A stretch of DNA of 63,765 nucleotides, counting the filler, from Octopus bimaculoides (lineage: Eukaryota): assembly GCF_001194135.2 (NCBI RefSeq). It is 8 parts of 8 records of this genome, joined end to end, with 100 filler letters (N's around TTAATTAATTAA, not from the genome) between each part and the next. Parts side by side here need not be neighbours in the genome. Positions count along the whole stretch, not along the records: positions 5,299 to 36,598 come from NC_068981.1; positions 36,699 to 39,138 come from NW_026366569.1; 6 more parts are not named here. One strand, written 5' to 3'. Position numbers and translations under genes: made by a program. Under the pieces are notes generated by a model, which saw only the letters and a program-made list of their open reading frames with translations, searched no databases and was not told where the DNA came from. How positions within the stretch are numbered: position 1 is the stretch's first letter; the number at the start of each line of letters is the position of its first letter. Shown one piece after another: positions 23,621 through 36,723 of the stretch.

Positions 23621-26600
23621 CTACCATAAAAATAATGAATTAAAGAAGACTCCTGAAACTATCCTTTGGCGGGTAAGAAGAAATAATAGTCGAGTATCCC
23701 TCAAATTAGACCTTAATCTGTCTCAAAACAAAGGTTGCCTGTCCTAACTGCATTATCTGAATAGTTGAATGGATAATCATAGGTGGAATATCTTTCAGAA
23801 CAATAACAATGATGGCGAGAATAACAAAGTTGATGAAGTCACCATTAACAACAACACGAATCTGAAGGCAACTGATTCTCGACCTCCTAGAAAGAGTAGT
23901 TAAAAGCCCCGAAAATCATGTGAAAACGCAAAAATTGAAGAAAAAATAAATGAGGAAAGGGAAAAGTCATCTTGGATGTAATGTAGAGATCCATAGTTTT
24001 GTAGCCTTGTGATTACAGATTTGTTTGATAAAGATTGAGCTGATCTAAATAACAACAGCAGTAACAATAACAAGAACAAGCACAACATGGGTGAACGTAG
24101 CAGTATGTGTAGAAACAGAACCACCAATATCCCCCCCCCCACCACCACCACCACCGCTCATCAACAACTAAAAAGTATTCGAAACCACGTGATCAATTGA
24201 TGTCCTAAAATTAGCAGCCATATTGCCCTTGAATAAGGATTTACTGCTTTAGAAAAGATATACTAGGTTATGCAATGTAGTATTTACGTACCTGCGCCGA
24301 AGAAGAATACGAATTGGTCTGGGTTGGAACACTTTTTATCATAGTTCTGCTTTATTTGGTATGATTTTGATGAACAGCAAAACCAACAACTATACCAAAA
24401 ACGACGAACGAAATAGGGGTCATTTATTCCGTCGTTTGATCTTTTCGAAGTAAGAAGAAAACCTACCTCAACTTACGTCCTACAGTCTTGGAAATAGAAA
24501 AAAAGAACAACACATATACAAAAAGGATGGCTCCGGATAAAATATGCTTTCTCGTTGGCTTACTTAATCAGTAAATACCTGGAAAATAAACAATAACCAA
24601 CAATTAAATTATATAAAAGAAAACGACAATAAAACCAACAACAAAAATTCGACAAATACTAACAAAATAAATGGTTCCCTTCCGAGTTTTGTCAGGTTTT
24701 GCATTGAATGAACTGGATTGATTGTCCGTACAGCGGACGAAATATAGGGTTCCCTGAGAAGGATAATCACATACAGTGAAGCAAAAAGTTTGAAAACGCT
24801 ATCTTGGTACATGCAGAGAAACACGGCTTAAAATACGGCATTTAAGTCTAAGATAAATGATAGACAGCACAAGTAGATGGTATCTTCGTGTGGCAGCTAA
24901 GACGAACGGAAACATTAAGAGATCCGTCAGTCTGAAAGAAAAGCATTTGTGCATTACTTTCCATTTAGGTGAATAGTCACTATACAAAAACGTTTATCAA
25001 AAGCATTCAATATTACTGAATTTCTGTTTACAACGTTGGGTCATTACTGGTAGGTATTTGGTTGCAATCCTTCTTGTGAGTACAGGTAAGGAAGAAAAAT
25101 GAAATACTTCTGTTTAATTATAGAAGTTGTATTTCAGAAGTATGCAGACTTTTTCAGGAGAAGAGACATTTTGTAATTTCAAAGAACTACAAAATTCTAA
25201 TCTTCAAAGTAGGCTCCTCTGACATCACAGAATATGTCGGGCTAAAATGAGAAAATTTACGTAGTCATTCCACTAAATATTCTCTAGATTTCGGATTGTT
25301 GGCGACATAAACCATAAGTATGGGATATATAAAATCAAATTAATTGAATATATAGACAGGAATCTAATTACTGCGAACAAGATGAGATAGCAAATAAATT
25401 TGCACAGCTTTTAGTTAATGTACTGAGAGAGCAACCTTTGTTCTTGGCAGTGTCGTGAGATTCGCAAACGTGAGTGCAATTCCTGTAAGGTGGCATCAAC
25501 TACAAATAGACCTTATATGAAATTTTATGTAGATTTAGTCATGATGGAACTACAAACATATTAGGTCAATATAGACTATGAAAAGATGCTTAAACCCAGA
25601 AGGTTAGATTTGGGTCTTAAGCAGTCGTATATCTACATTATAACGTGACGCGTGCATGGTTCTCTGAATAAATGATGTCCCATGGGAGCCGTTTTGCAAA
25701 GTACCATCGGTACATACAGGTATATCCTCTCAATGTATCATCTACGTTGTGGATCTTCAGGTTTTAATTACATAAGGTGAATGGACATTCTAGTCGAAGT
25801 GGGAAATGGAAATAGTTTTTCGAAATTGGATGATGACGTAAGCGCCATTCTGATGGTCTCCCCTTAAAACAGGAAACGAGATGGAAATAAGAGAACGGAT
25901 TGAAAATGTCAAAATTGTTGGCTTCAAAAGAAGAAAATCCATTCCATCTGCTACCGTTTGTCTCCGTATAGAATGTCCTTTTGAAATATTTCTATGCATG
26001 CTACAAATTAAAGCCTAAGTAGAAGAAACAGATATATAAATAAAAACCCTTACAAATGAAATGTTTAAAATTTCTGCGAATGGTTAATGCTATAACGAAT
26101 ATTTTGCAAACAGATATACACAATGAAGTAATAATACACAAAATATATTTTCAAAAATGCTATCAATTCGCATAAAGTGTAATACGTGAGTATGTTCATG
26201 CCGTAAACCGCGAACATTCTCTCCACAAGGATCATTTGCAAATGCTGGCTGTAATTGTAGGTCACATAATTGTGATATATACTGGTATCGATAAAACAGA
26301 CGGATGAGGAGAGATACGATTACTAATGAAGAGGTGATTTACCATGGTCCGTTTTGTAAGTTCGAATTTGCATCTACTAACTGTAACGATGAGTAATCTA
26401 AGATTAGATGTGGTGAAATAAGAAGGTCTGACAATGGGATTATTAAATACGAAGTATTAGTTGAGGTAAAAATTTGAAATATATTGAAGAATAACATAGG
26501 AAGAGATTTAACTTATAAAGAAAACGGTGGTGCACTTCTATTTTTCCTATTTGTGCTCTCTAAAACCATTATCCGTTTGGGTAGTTACGGGCGTAACTGG

Positions 26601-26904
26601 AAACATATTGTTATTTTTGGTAGTATAATGAGAAAGAGAGGTTTGTATTCTACGGAGGGCTTGATGAAAGTGAGTGCTAGACTTGTGGTTAGTCCTGTTA
26701 CCATCTTCAATAGAAACATAATCATTAACTTCAGTAATCATTTTATTAATATTTTCTTTTCTTCGCTATTGGAGTTATTTGGAATAGTCGTTGTATAATT
26801 GTAGCAAGGAATTAGTTGTTTCAAATGTCTTGAATCTACTGCTGTGAATATATGTTATTTTCGCAGAGAATCCACCAGAACGCAAACACACACAAACACA
26901 CACA

Positions 26905-27451
26905 AGATGCAAATTATGTCGTATTGCTGTGGAAGACATCACACATGTGATTATCAGCTGCAGAAAATGTCATGAAGGTACTTCTTCCCTGTGGACACGA
27001 CGTTGTCATTTAGGTAAAAAGACTATCCTGGAATAAATATAGGAAACCCCCTATTATTGATACATACACACACATCAACACAAGGAATACTGGCGCAACA
27101 TTCCCAGTGAAACATCTGTCAACATAACTTGTCGGATATTGTTGTTTGGGACAGACAAGAGAATGCGTGTACCGTCGAGAAGTCTGCTGTACTCCTGACG
27201 TGAATATCGCTGAAAATCAAAGAGAAAAAGGAAAGCTATGTAGAACTGCTTCGAAACCTCCTTCTTCTACAGCCAGGTTATGAATTCACACTTATACTAA
27301 TAATAATATGTGCACTTGATTTTGTGTGTAAATGACAGTCCAGATAAGCAAGGTTTTCTGAAAAAGAAATCAACTAATTCGTTCATTACAAATACAATTT
27401 GTAAGTGGAACACTGAAAATGCGCAAACCTTTTCTCAGGTTTAAAATGTGA
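26905..27451 (+). mobile_element. Decayed RLE-type (R4/R2-like) LINE C-terminus: CCHC knuckle + restriction-like endonuclease
   Basis: RCKLCRIAVEDITHVIISC, KEYWRNIP, HNLSDIVVWDRQE, ELLRNL...YEFTLILIIICALDFV and SGTLKMRKPFLRF, with frameshifts. Confidence 0.8.
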
Positions 27452-28424
27452 CATTGTTTTTGTTATTTACATTCCAGTGATGGAGTTTTGTATCTTTTAT
27501 TAGAAACTACCTTCCTTCCTTAGAGGAAGATTTTAAATGATTAAAAGCAGAAGAGAACATACATAACAACAGTGCATATTAAGATACAGGAAGTGGCAAT
27601 CTAAGTACAGTAACAATGGCATCCTAAATAGAGCTTCAATGGTAATACAGATAGCATTCAGTGGTAAGATAAAACTTGAGAGGTGGTACCATACCAAGAA
27701 GTAGATCTAAGAGATGACGAGTGAGTCCGAGAAAGGAAGAAGGTCAGTCAAGCAGAATCAAAATTATATATATGTGTGTGTGTGTGTGTGTGTATGGTTG
27801 ACCGCTGATTTTGAAAGTGAGTCAATTGGTTTAAATTGCCAGCTCATTCAATTAACCAGAAAAAGAGCTTACCATACCACAGATGCGTGGTGTCACTAGG
27901 CTGAAGATTGGAATTGTGAGTACAATCTATCTGATTGTTATCTATACGATATCCTTCACTCGAATTTCAATCAGAAAACTGAAGCTATAAAAGAGAAAAT
28001 ACACGAGCATTCGATCAAGCTCCCACTCTGTAGGGTCCAAACTGAGCCCCCACCACTCACAAACACAAACATAGACACGCACCCCCCCCCCACACACACA
28101 CAGCCTGACCCACATACATATACTCAGACTGTTGTAGGCAAGTATTTGTCTGCTTTTAGTTTTCAGATTGATTTTGTTGGTTTTTAAGTCATAAACTGTA
28201 AATATTGTTGGAATTCTAAATACAAAATTTACGTTTAAGTCAGCTTTTTGGTATCAATTCTTTCTTTACTATTTTTTTCCCTCCTTTTGACTAGTTTCTA
28301 ATTTTCTGCTAAGATGTCATATTTTTTTCAGCTAGTGAAATATTCACACTACTTGGCTTCTCCTGTAAATCATTTCACTGGTTAAAAAATATTTAATAAA
28401 ACTGATTTTTATATATATATTCCT

Positions 28425-28567
28425 GTAGTAGCAAATATTCGAACGAGACCTTCGAAGACCGAAGTGGAGAAGGGTTCCGTGCCAACGGCGGTCGAGCACG
28501 GGTCAGTCGGTCCTAAGAAGCGGGCGAAAGCTTCCACGAAAGGCGCCGGATCCGTCACGAAAGCGAT
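28425..28567 (+). rRNA. 28S rRNA: Dispersed 28S rRNA fragment (non-functional), region leading into the D7a segment
   Basis: GTAGTAGCAAATATTCGAACGAGACCTTCGAAGACCGAAGTGGAGAAGGGTTCCGTG...GGGTCAGTCGGTCCTAAG matches conserved eukaryotic LSU rRNA. It is a GC-rich island in an AT-rich context. Confidence 0.92.
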
Positions 28568-28893
28568 TGTAGCAAATATATACATTTTTCTACTTCTTTT
28601 TGATTTATTTTCTAATGTTTTGCTATAAAGTTCATGAAATAAGTTTGTGGCGATAAAGAAACTTTCTTGAAAGAATCATGCTCGAAACAACAGAACACTC
28701 TTTTACCTTAAGTCATAAAGACTTGATATTTTACGAATTTCGTTAACTATTTTATTCGATGTAGAACAACACTAGTTTTCTCTTAAATCTCTTTATTTAT
28801 TTATTTTTTCTGTTATACATTAACGTCGAGTTCTCTGTTGTCAGAACAGACCTGTATTCATAGAACCTCCGTCCTTTTGCGTGTATGTGTATG

Positions 28894-28956
<63 letters not shown>

Positions 28957-30360
28957 GAGAGAGGGAGAGACAGAGAGTGACAGTGAGAGAGAGAGAGAAA
29001 GGGGAGGTGTAGAGGGAGAGGGAGAGATATTTAATGTGAATCATGGACTATATGATCCAGTGAATATCATTTTATGACGATAGACGTAACCTGCATAATC
29101 GTTTGACGACTATTTTTGACAGGAGGCTCGACTATGAAAAGTTCAGTGGTATGACCCTAAGTGTAATTAGGCTGTTCAAATCAAAGTTCTATTTTCTTAC
29201 AGGTTTTAGTAGTGCTGAAATTACAACAGGGAGCCAAGAATCAAATATTTCAGATTTTATTATATTTATATATCCATATCCGTTTGTGTGTGTGTGTACG
29301 TGCATGCATCATTACATTTCAAATGTTGTTACATTCCGTGTGGAGAACAACATTTATCAACAAAACCTGTGACCAAAAGCGTTAGAGCCTGAGACAGACA
29401 AGCATTGCTTTACACTTTCCAAACAGTCTATCTACAAGTATATGATTTAATGTGGTCAACATTTCATAACATACGCGGTATAATTTGTAAAATATCCTAA
29501 AAATGTATATCTTCACCTCAGCAATATCTTATTGTATAAAGCTGCATCAGATAAAGGCTGATTCAAGAACCTTATTGCAGTCTCTCCGAGAATTACGGAG
29601 GAAAAGTTAGGACAGATTAATGATTCGACTGGTGCTCTTTTCTGAAATTTTGTTATTTGTGATAAACTGATGAAGTTAGCCATTCCAGAATAGATGTAAT
29701 ACACTCGATGCGATTTCGTTCACTTTCTGTTATTTTATGTTCATTCAAAAATCTGGACGCCTGAGGATAAGGAGGAAGGCGGTGAATCTAGTTTCAGCAG
29801 AACCAAAAATCCCGTAATTGCAAGACAAACTTCGTAACTCAATAATAAAGCTTAAGCCCAATCTGTATTATGGCATACTCAAGTGTATGCGTTTGAATGA
29901 AAGAGATGAAGATCGCCGAAAACCATGCTGTTACTTTGGTCATCAAATAAGCGTTCCCCCATGTCTGGAAAGTAGATCTTCAGTCAAAACGTTTTGATTA
30001 CTGTCTCCAACGATCTCTCATCTTTTTGATTGGTGAGTCCCCATCAAATTTTTTCATTGTTGCATATATTAACAGAGCTCTTTCTGGCCCATTTATAATC
30101 AAATTTGGCATTTCTTACTGTTATTTCTATCCTCAAATCTCTTCTTTCTAAAAACCAATCACCAATTTACCACATCAAAAAAGCGGCTATTCTTATGCTG
30201 TTGACGTAACTCGTTATTTGTTCCAACCTTCCCTTACCATGTGTGATCCACACATATACTAGGAGCCACACACCGAACCTGCATTAAATTCCATTGGTTG
30301 GTAGGGCTATGCCAAACTTACCTCTTGTAACAGCCAAAAAATCTCCTAAAACTCAAGTAT

Positions 30361-30540
30361 TATTCTTTTCTACTCTAGGCACAAGGCTCGAAATATTTTG
30401 GGGGAGGGGGCCAGTCGATTAGATCAACCCTAGTTGGTACTTAATTTATTGAACCCGAAAGGATGAAAGGCAAAGTCGACCTCGGCGGAATTTGAACTCA
30501 GAACGTAAAGAACGTAAAGTTTCTGCCAGCTCGCTGGCTT
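30361..30540 (-). mobile_element. SINE family B with a 17-bp TSD
   Basis: The TSD is AAAACTCAAG(T/C)ATTATT at 30348-30364 and 30541-30557. Confidence 0.92.
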
Positions 30541-31102
30541 AAAACTCAAGCATTATTGCAGTAAGAAAACATTTCTGCATCACACTGCCTCTAAACGTGA
30601 ACAGCACACAGTTAATCCTCTCGCAATATCGCAACAAATGCTGGACTACAACATCTCCAAACTCTTCTCTTTAGAAACAAAAGCCATATAAGTAACGTGG
30701 TGGAATCATTCCACTAAAATTCTTCAAGATGGTGTTCCAGCATTCCCACTCTAGCGGAATCATTAACTGCAGTCATTAATCATTAACTGCAATAACGGCG
30801 TCATTCTTGCCATTCGTAGAGAGTATACAAGAATCATGTGTTCTGATTTTTCCTCCAAACTAAGGAGGTTGTAAAAGAATGTTCCACTTAAAGTGTCTGC
30901 CACCAATGTTTGTAAATCTCTTTTTTTTTTATGGAAATGCGGAAATTCCATGAAAATTTGACAAGGTTCTTGTTATTCCTTTATTTTTTCTCGTGAATGT
31001 CGCTGCCTGGCGTCTTGCACCAAACTGTTTCAAATCTCTCATATTCAATTTGCAAAGACAACTCGTGAACAATGGCCATGATCTGCTGGCTGATGCTGTT
31101 GA

Positions 31103-31103
<1 letters not shown>

Positions 31104-31196
<93 letters not shown>
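31104..31196. repeat. (TAC)n(TAA)n array
   Basis: Directly visible. Confidence 0.95.
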
Positions 31197-31984
31197 TTGG
31201 TATTAGACAATCTAAGTTTGGTATATATATATAGAGAGAGAAACGCAACCCGACCACAGGGTAATTAATGTCAATTCATAGACCACCACCTGCTTGCATT
31301 CACTCGCAAAGAGGAACATGCACCTATGCTCAACACTACACGACGTTCTACAATACGACCTTTATATTTCGTCTCACTATTTTTTATGTCCCCAAACTGT
31401 GGGTACGTATGTAGTGCAAAAACACTACTCGTTGATTCTTCTCATCTTAAGCCTTAAAGATCAGGTGCGATCTTCTGCAAGTCCCATTTTCTTGTATGGA
31501 ACACCTATTTTATTACAGTTTCCTCCTGTATTGCAGGTATGTTGAAGCTCCCGTGTATCTTTGAAGAGGAGTTTATTACATTCCTCCTTGGTTATTGCTC
31601 AATTTCTAACCGTAGGCAAGAAGTCACCATTTGTTGTAACATACTTTTACCATGTTTGTTATTCTTCACTAAGAGCAGAAATATATCGATCATCTTTTGA
31701 TTAGCAATGCTAACAAAACTGCTATTGCTATTAACGTTGTTATAAATATCGTTGTTGTTTCCTTCTCATTTGTTAAGGCGAAATTATTTTCTATACCTTC
31801 TTGTTCACATGTATTTATTTTCCTGTTTAGTCTGTCATTTTTTTAGTCTGCGATATTGTTTACAAATTTTCTGTCGAAGTGCTTAGGGACATAATTGGTG
31901 CTACCCCATTTATTACAAGCAACTTTACCAGCAAATGAAGCAAAAATGAAACGGATTGGAGATATTTTACCATCTATCCTTTAT

Positions 31985-32140
31985 TTTTTTCAGTCAGTAG
32001 GAAGCGGCCATGCTGGAGCACCATCTTGAAGAATTTTAGTGGAATGATTCCACCACGTTACTTACCTTTGGAACCTTAAGCTGAACCGTTAATTTACGGG
32101 GACATAAAACACAAACAACGATTGTCAAGCTGTAGTGACG
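31985..32140 (-). mobile_element. Diverged SINE family A 3' half
   Basis: TTTCAGTCA...GCGGCCATGCTGGAGCACC..CTTGAAGAATTTTAGT. Confidence 0.75.
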
Positions 32141-33252
32141 GACATCACGGACGCAATCACACGCACACGCACATTCATATATACATAGATATATGCGTAT
32201 AAGTATATATATATATATATATATATNNNNNNNNNNNNNNNNNNNNNNNNNNNNNNNNNNNNNNNNNNNNNNNNNNNNNNNNNNNNNNNNNNNNNNNNNN
32301 NNNNNNNNNNNNNNNNNNNNNNNNNNNNNNNNNNNNNNNNNNNNNNNNNNNNNNNNNNNNNNNNNNNNNNNNNNNNNNNNNNNNNNNNNNNNNNNNNNNN
32401 NNNNNNNNNNNNNNNNNNNNNNNNNNNNNNNNNNNNNNNNNNNNNNNNNNNNNNNNNNNNNNNNNNNNNNNNNNNNNNNNNNNNNNNNNNNNNNNNNNNN
32501 NNNNNNNNNNNNNNNNNNNNNNNNNNNNNNNNNNNNNNNNNNNNNNNNNNNNNNNNNNNNNNNNNNNNNNNNNNNNNNNNNNNNNNNNNNNNNNNNNNNN
32601 NNNNNNNNNNNNNNNNNNNNNNNNNNNNNNNNNNNNNNNNNNNNNNNNNNNNNNNNNNNNNNNNNNNNNNNNNNNNNNNNNNNNNNNNNNNNNNNNNNNN
32701 NNNNNNNNNNNNNNNNNNNNNNNNNNNNNNNNNNNNNNNNNNNNNNNNNNNNNNNNNNNNNNNNNNNNNNNNNNNCTTAATTACAAAATAAGTACTGAAA
32801 AAACAAAAAAAACAAAACAAAGGGAATGATTTTCGTAGCTGAGGTGCAGGTCCTTATTGTGAATTGGATAAAGACAATGATGAATATGGGGAGCAGTAAG
32901 GCAAAAGCTGAATATACAACGATGTATATCAGTTCCAAATGCTCAGTTACGCTCAAAACAGCACATTTTAAAACGAATACAAAACTGTAGGCATGATGAG
33001 TATTTGAGAACTCTGATGAAGAATTTAAGAATGTATGTCGGAAGGCAAGACCTTTATCTGGGATCGTGTCCAGAAAACTGCATATGAATAGCGCAGAAAG
33101 ACTAAATGATTCGTAGTTTAGACTTTGTGAGATCGTCCGCCAGTAAGCGTCATTTAACCTTTTACGATATGAATGCGTTGAATGGCATAACAACAACAAC
33201 AACAATAATAAAATGGCAAAAATAATAAAACGGCAAAAATAATAAAATAGCA

Positions 33253-33963
33253 AAAACAAGAAGTGACGAAAATGACAGTAGACGGAGCCTTCCACCCAAA
33301 GAATGACACCGATAGTCAGTACATGTCCAGAAGAAAGGGTGAGAGAGGTTTGATGAGTTGCCAGGACTGTTTTGAAGGAGAACGAAACAGCCTAGTGTGG
33401 TATATAAAAAATGCAATGAAAAAAATTTAAAGAAGAAATTAACGAAAAAAAGAAACAGCATGGAAGGAGAAATAAATGTAAGGTCAGTTTGCAAGAGATG
33501 TGGACACTAAGAGAGATACGGAGGACCGTAGCTATGGATGGGAAAGAGTGATCTGAAGATAGAGACAGAAGCACTCATATGCGCAGCTCAAGAACAAGCG
33601 TTAAAGATAAACTTTAAGATGTGCAGAATAGACTAAACTACCGATAGCGACAAATGCAGAATGAGTGGTGAGAGGAGTGAAGCGGTATGGCACATCATTA
33701 GCGAATGCCCGAAATTGTCTCAACACGAATACAAAAGACGCCATGGCAATGTGGTAAGAATGATCCATTGGGAGGTCCGTGGAAATCACAGCCTACAAAG
33801 AGCAAAGACGTGGTATGTGCAAATCCTAGGAGTCACCGAGAATGAAAATTGCAAAATACCGTGGGATACAATGATTCATTGTGAGCACCTGATCAGACCT
33901 CAGAAACCGGACATTCTTGTGGTGAATAAACAATAAAGAACATACACGAAAACTGATATAACA
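33253..33963 (+). mobile_element. R4/Dong-like LINE, C-terminal part (thumb, CCHC, RLE endonuclease), decayed
   Basis: MTVDGAFHPKNDTD..YMSRRKGERGL, KSDLKIETEALICAAQEQAL, CRMSGERSEAVWHIISECPKLSQHEYKRRHGNV and KIPWDTMIHCEHLI..KPDILVV. Confidence 0.9.
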
Positions 33964-33965
33964 AA

Positions 33966-35225
33966 GGTAGAAAAGGAAACTACAAAATAAAGCGAAGATT
34001 TTAAGACAAAATCTGAGTAGAATAGAAGCCTGGAAACTGAACAAGTTAGGAAACACACGATGCAGATCATCCCTTGAGAGAAAAGACACTTAGTCAAAGA
34101 AAAAGGATTTGGGACAGTAATATAAGAGTTGAAACAGCGTAGCATAGCAGTAGCAGACAACATCTCCATATCAGAAAAGAATAAATCAGTATCAACAGAA
34201 TAGATTATTTGAGAGAGACCAGAACTGAAACAAACAGTAGTCTGTCCACTACAGGCAGAACTAGACATTTCAGTTGGGGAAGTGAAGGAAATGAGCAATA
34301 ACATGGGAAACTAGGAGGCCCTGGGACCAGATGGAGTTCAAGACTACATGATCAAATGATCTGGTGTGTATCATGCACGAATAGCTGTACAACACAACAC
34401 CTAGTTAAATGCCGACCAAGTAACACGAGAGTGCAGAAAAATATCGAAAAAGGCAATACGGTAGACAATTGTAGGTCGATATCCAGCTTGCCACTTATAT
34501 GGAAGATATTGACAGGAATACTTGCAGAGTCAATGTACGGAAATCTGGAAAAATAGAGTCCTGCCACATGAGCAGAAGGGGTGCAAGCGTAAGTGCAGAG
34601 GTACCAAGGCTCAACTCCTGGTAGACAAAACTGTACTTAGGGACTGCAAGATGCGGAAAACTAACTAAGCCTTGTCATAGATCGATTATCGTAAGGCGTA
34701 CGATATAATCCTACAATCTTGAATTATTGAATATATGAACTTATTTGGTATTGCATCGAATGATGAGCTTTTGTTTGGAAAAAGTATGGTGAATTGGAGG
34801 GCGGAACTGGCAGTATATGGAAGAAGTTTAGGGACAACAGGAATCAGAAGAGGCATCTTCCAAGGGACTGCTTGTCCCCACTGATCTTTGTACTGTGCAT
34901 GATAACACTAACGCAGATTCTGAGGAAAGAAAAGGCTGGGTAAGTATTCAAGAACCGCCAACAAAAAGTCAACCACTTGTTATTCATGGATGAACTCAAA
35001 CATTATGGTAAAGATGAAGCCCTAGTCAGTTCCCTCGTTGATACGGTGTATACCTTCAGTGCTGATATCAGAATGGATTTCGGACAGAGAAAGTGTGGTG
35101 TGTTAGTCTTGAAGAGAGGCAAAATCATATGTATGGACGGGCTAACGATATTGTCAGGGGAGGTTATGAAGCAGATAGAAGAGACGAGCTATAAGTACTT
35201 GGGGATTTTGGAAATGGATAATTTG
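33966..35225 (+). mobile_element. R4/Dong-like LINE, N-terminal region + RT, decayed
   Basis: [90 protein letters not shown] and YKYLGILEMD. Many stops and frameshifts. Confidence 0.92.
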
Positions 35226-35227
35226 AT

Positions 35228-35287
35228 ATATAGGACGGGCTTCTTTCAATTTCCGTCTACCAAATCCACTCACAAGGATCTATGGCC
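35228..35287 (-). mobile_element. SINE family A fragment truncating the R4-like RT
   Basis: GACGGGCTTCTTTCAATTTCCGTCTACCAAATCCACTCACAAGG. Confidence 0.85.
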
Positions 35288-36041
35288 ATTTCGGGAGCTC
35301 ACCTGCGCAGTTTGTTTACACTAAAGTGCAACACGGTGATGACCCCCGTCATCAGGATAAACAAGAAACAGAGGACACGCACAGTTCAACACTTTTTAAG
35401 GGATTTATGTGAGTGTTGAATTTGACCCGTGAAATATGCTCATTATGAACTTTTGGACATACCTGTGTGGAGGGATTAAAAGACTTCTTTCAAGATGTAT
35501 GTCAATTTGAGCTGTGGAAGTTTCTTTACTTATGAACTTTGGACGTACTTGTATGAGGGAAATAAAAGAGATTTTTCAAATATTTTTTCAAATATTTGAA
35601 TAAATTTTTTTTAATTTAAAAAAATATTTTAATCGTCTGATAAAACTTTTTTAGTCGGTAGATATTTGTTTAATTTTATTTTTACCTTTACTAATTTTAT
35701 ATTTATCTATGAGTTTTTTTCGGTAGTTTTTGAATTTTTAACCGTTTATATTTAACTTTTTGTTAGGCCGTTCTATTTGTATTTCATCCGATTATATACT
35801 TTTAACTTCTGTGATTTTATGTATATGTATTATTTTTTATGCGTTTGGGAACCATGGTGATTTTTATATATGATTAAATGTTTGAGGGGTGATCTTGTCT
35901 GTAAAGTCGTTGACCCAAATTTAATGTTTGTTCTATAGCCAAGGCTTCTTTATCTTTGTCTCATATACATTTGAGCACTTCTTTTGCAGTCCTATAAACC
36001 CTTTTGTTTCTATTAGAAGAGACAAATATTATTTCTTGTTG

Positions 36042-36129
<88 letters not shown>

Positions 36130-36723
36130 TGTGTATATAAGTATGTATATGTCACACACTCTCTCTCTCTCTATATATATATACACAAATACGTACACTT
36201 ATATGCATGCATATATATAAGCAATCCTATGTGAGAGAGTTTACTCATTTGAGAGTTTTCACCTAAATTTCTAGTTAAATATCACCTGCGTGTGTGTGGC
36301 AACCTAATAAGTCTCGCATGCATATAAAAGTATTGAATCCATGTGAATATGATTGCGTATGTATATATGTTCCTCGTATATAACATACTCATAAATAGAA
36401 TTCTATACATCTATAAGAATACTCACAACTGAGCTATAGAAGAGAAATATATAACAACCATATACACGTTAATATATATTAACATGTGTAATATATTAAC
36501 ATGTGTAATACACATGTGCATCTATATGTGATGTGTGTGTGCAAACACACGTAATATATACACACATGTGTATTATATGATTATATATATATATATATNN
36601 NNNNNNNNNNNNNNNNNNNNNNNNNNNNNNNNNNNNNNNNNNTTAATTAATTAANNNNNNNNNNNNNNNNNNNNNNNNNNNNNNNNNNNNNNNNNNNNAA
36701 AAAGGTAATTAAAATTCATTAAA

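Noticed and set aside
26547-26741. Minus-strand 64-aa ORF next to the RLE LINE fragment (possible inverted 5' part)
   Set aside because: No diagnostic motif, so it cannot be assigned by eye.
29186-29370. Strong acceptor-like TTCTATTTTCTTACAG followed by open frames
   Set aside because: No matching donor and no recognisable peptide. Such sites are common in AT-rich DNA.
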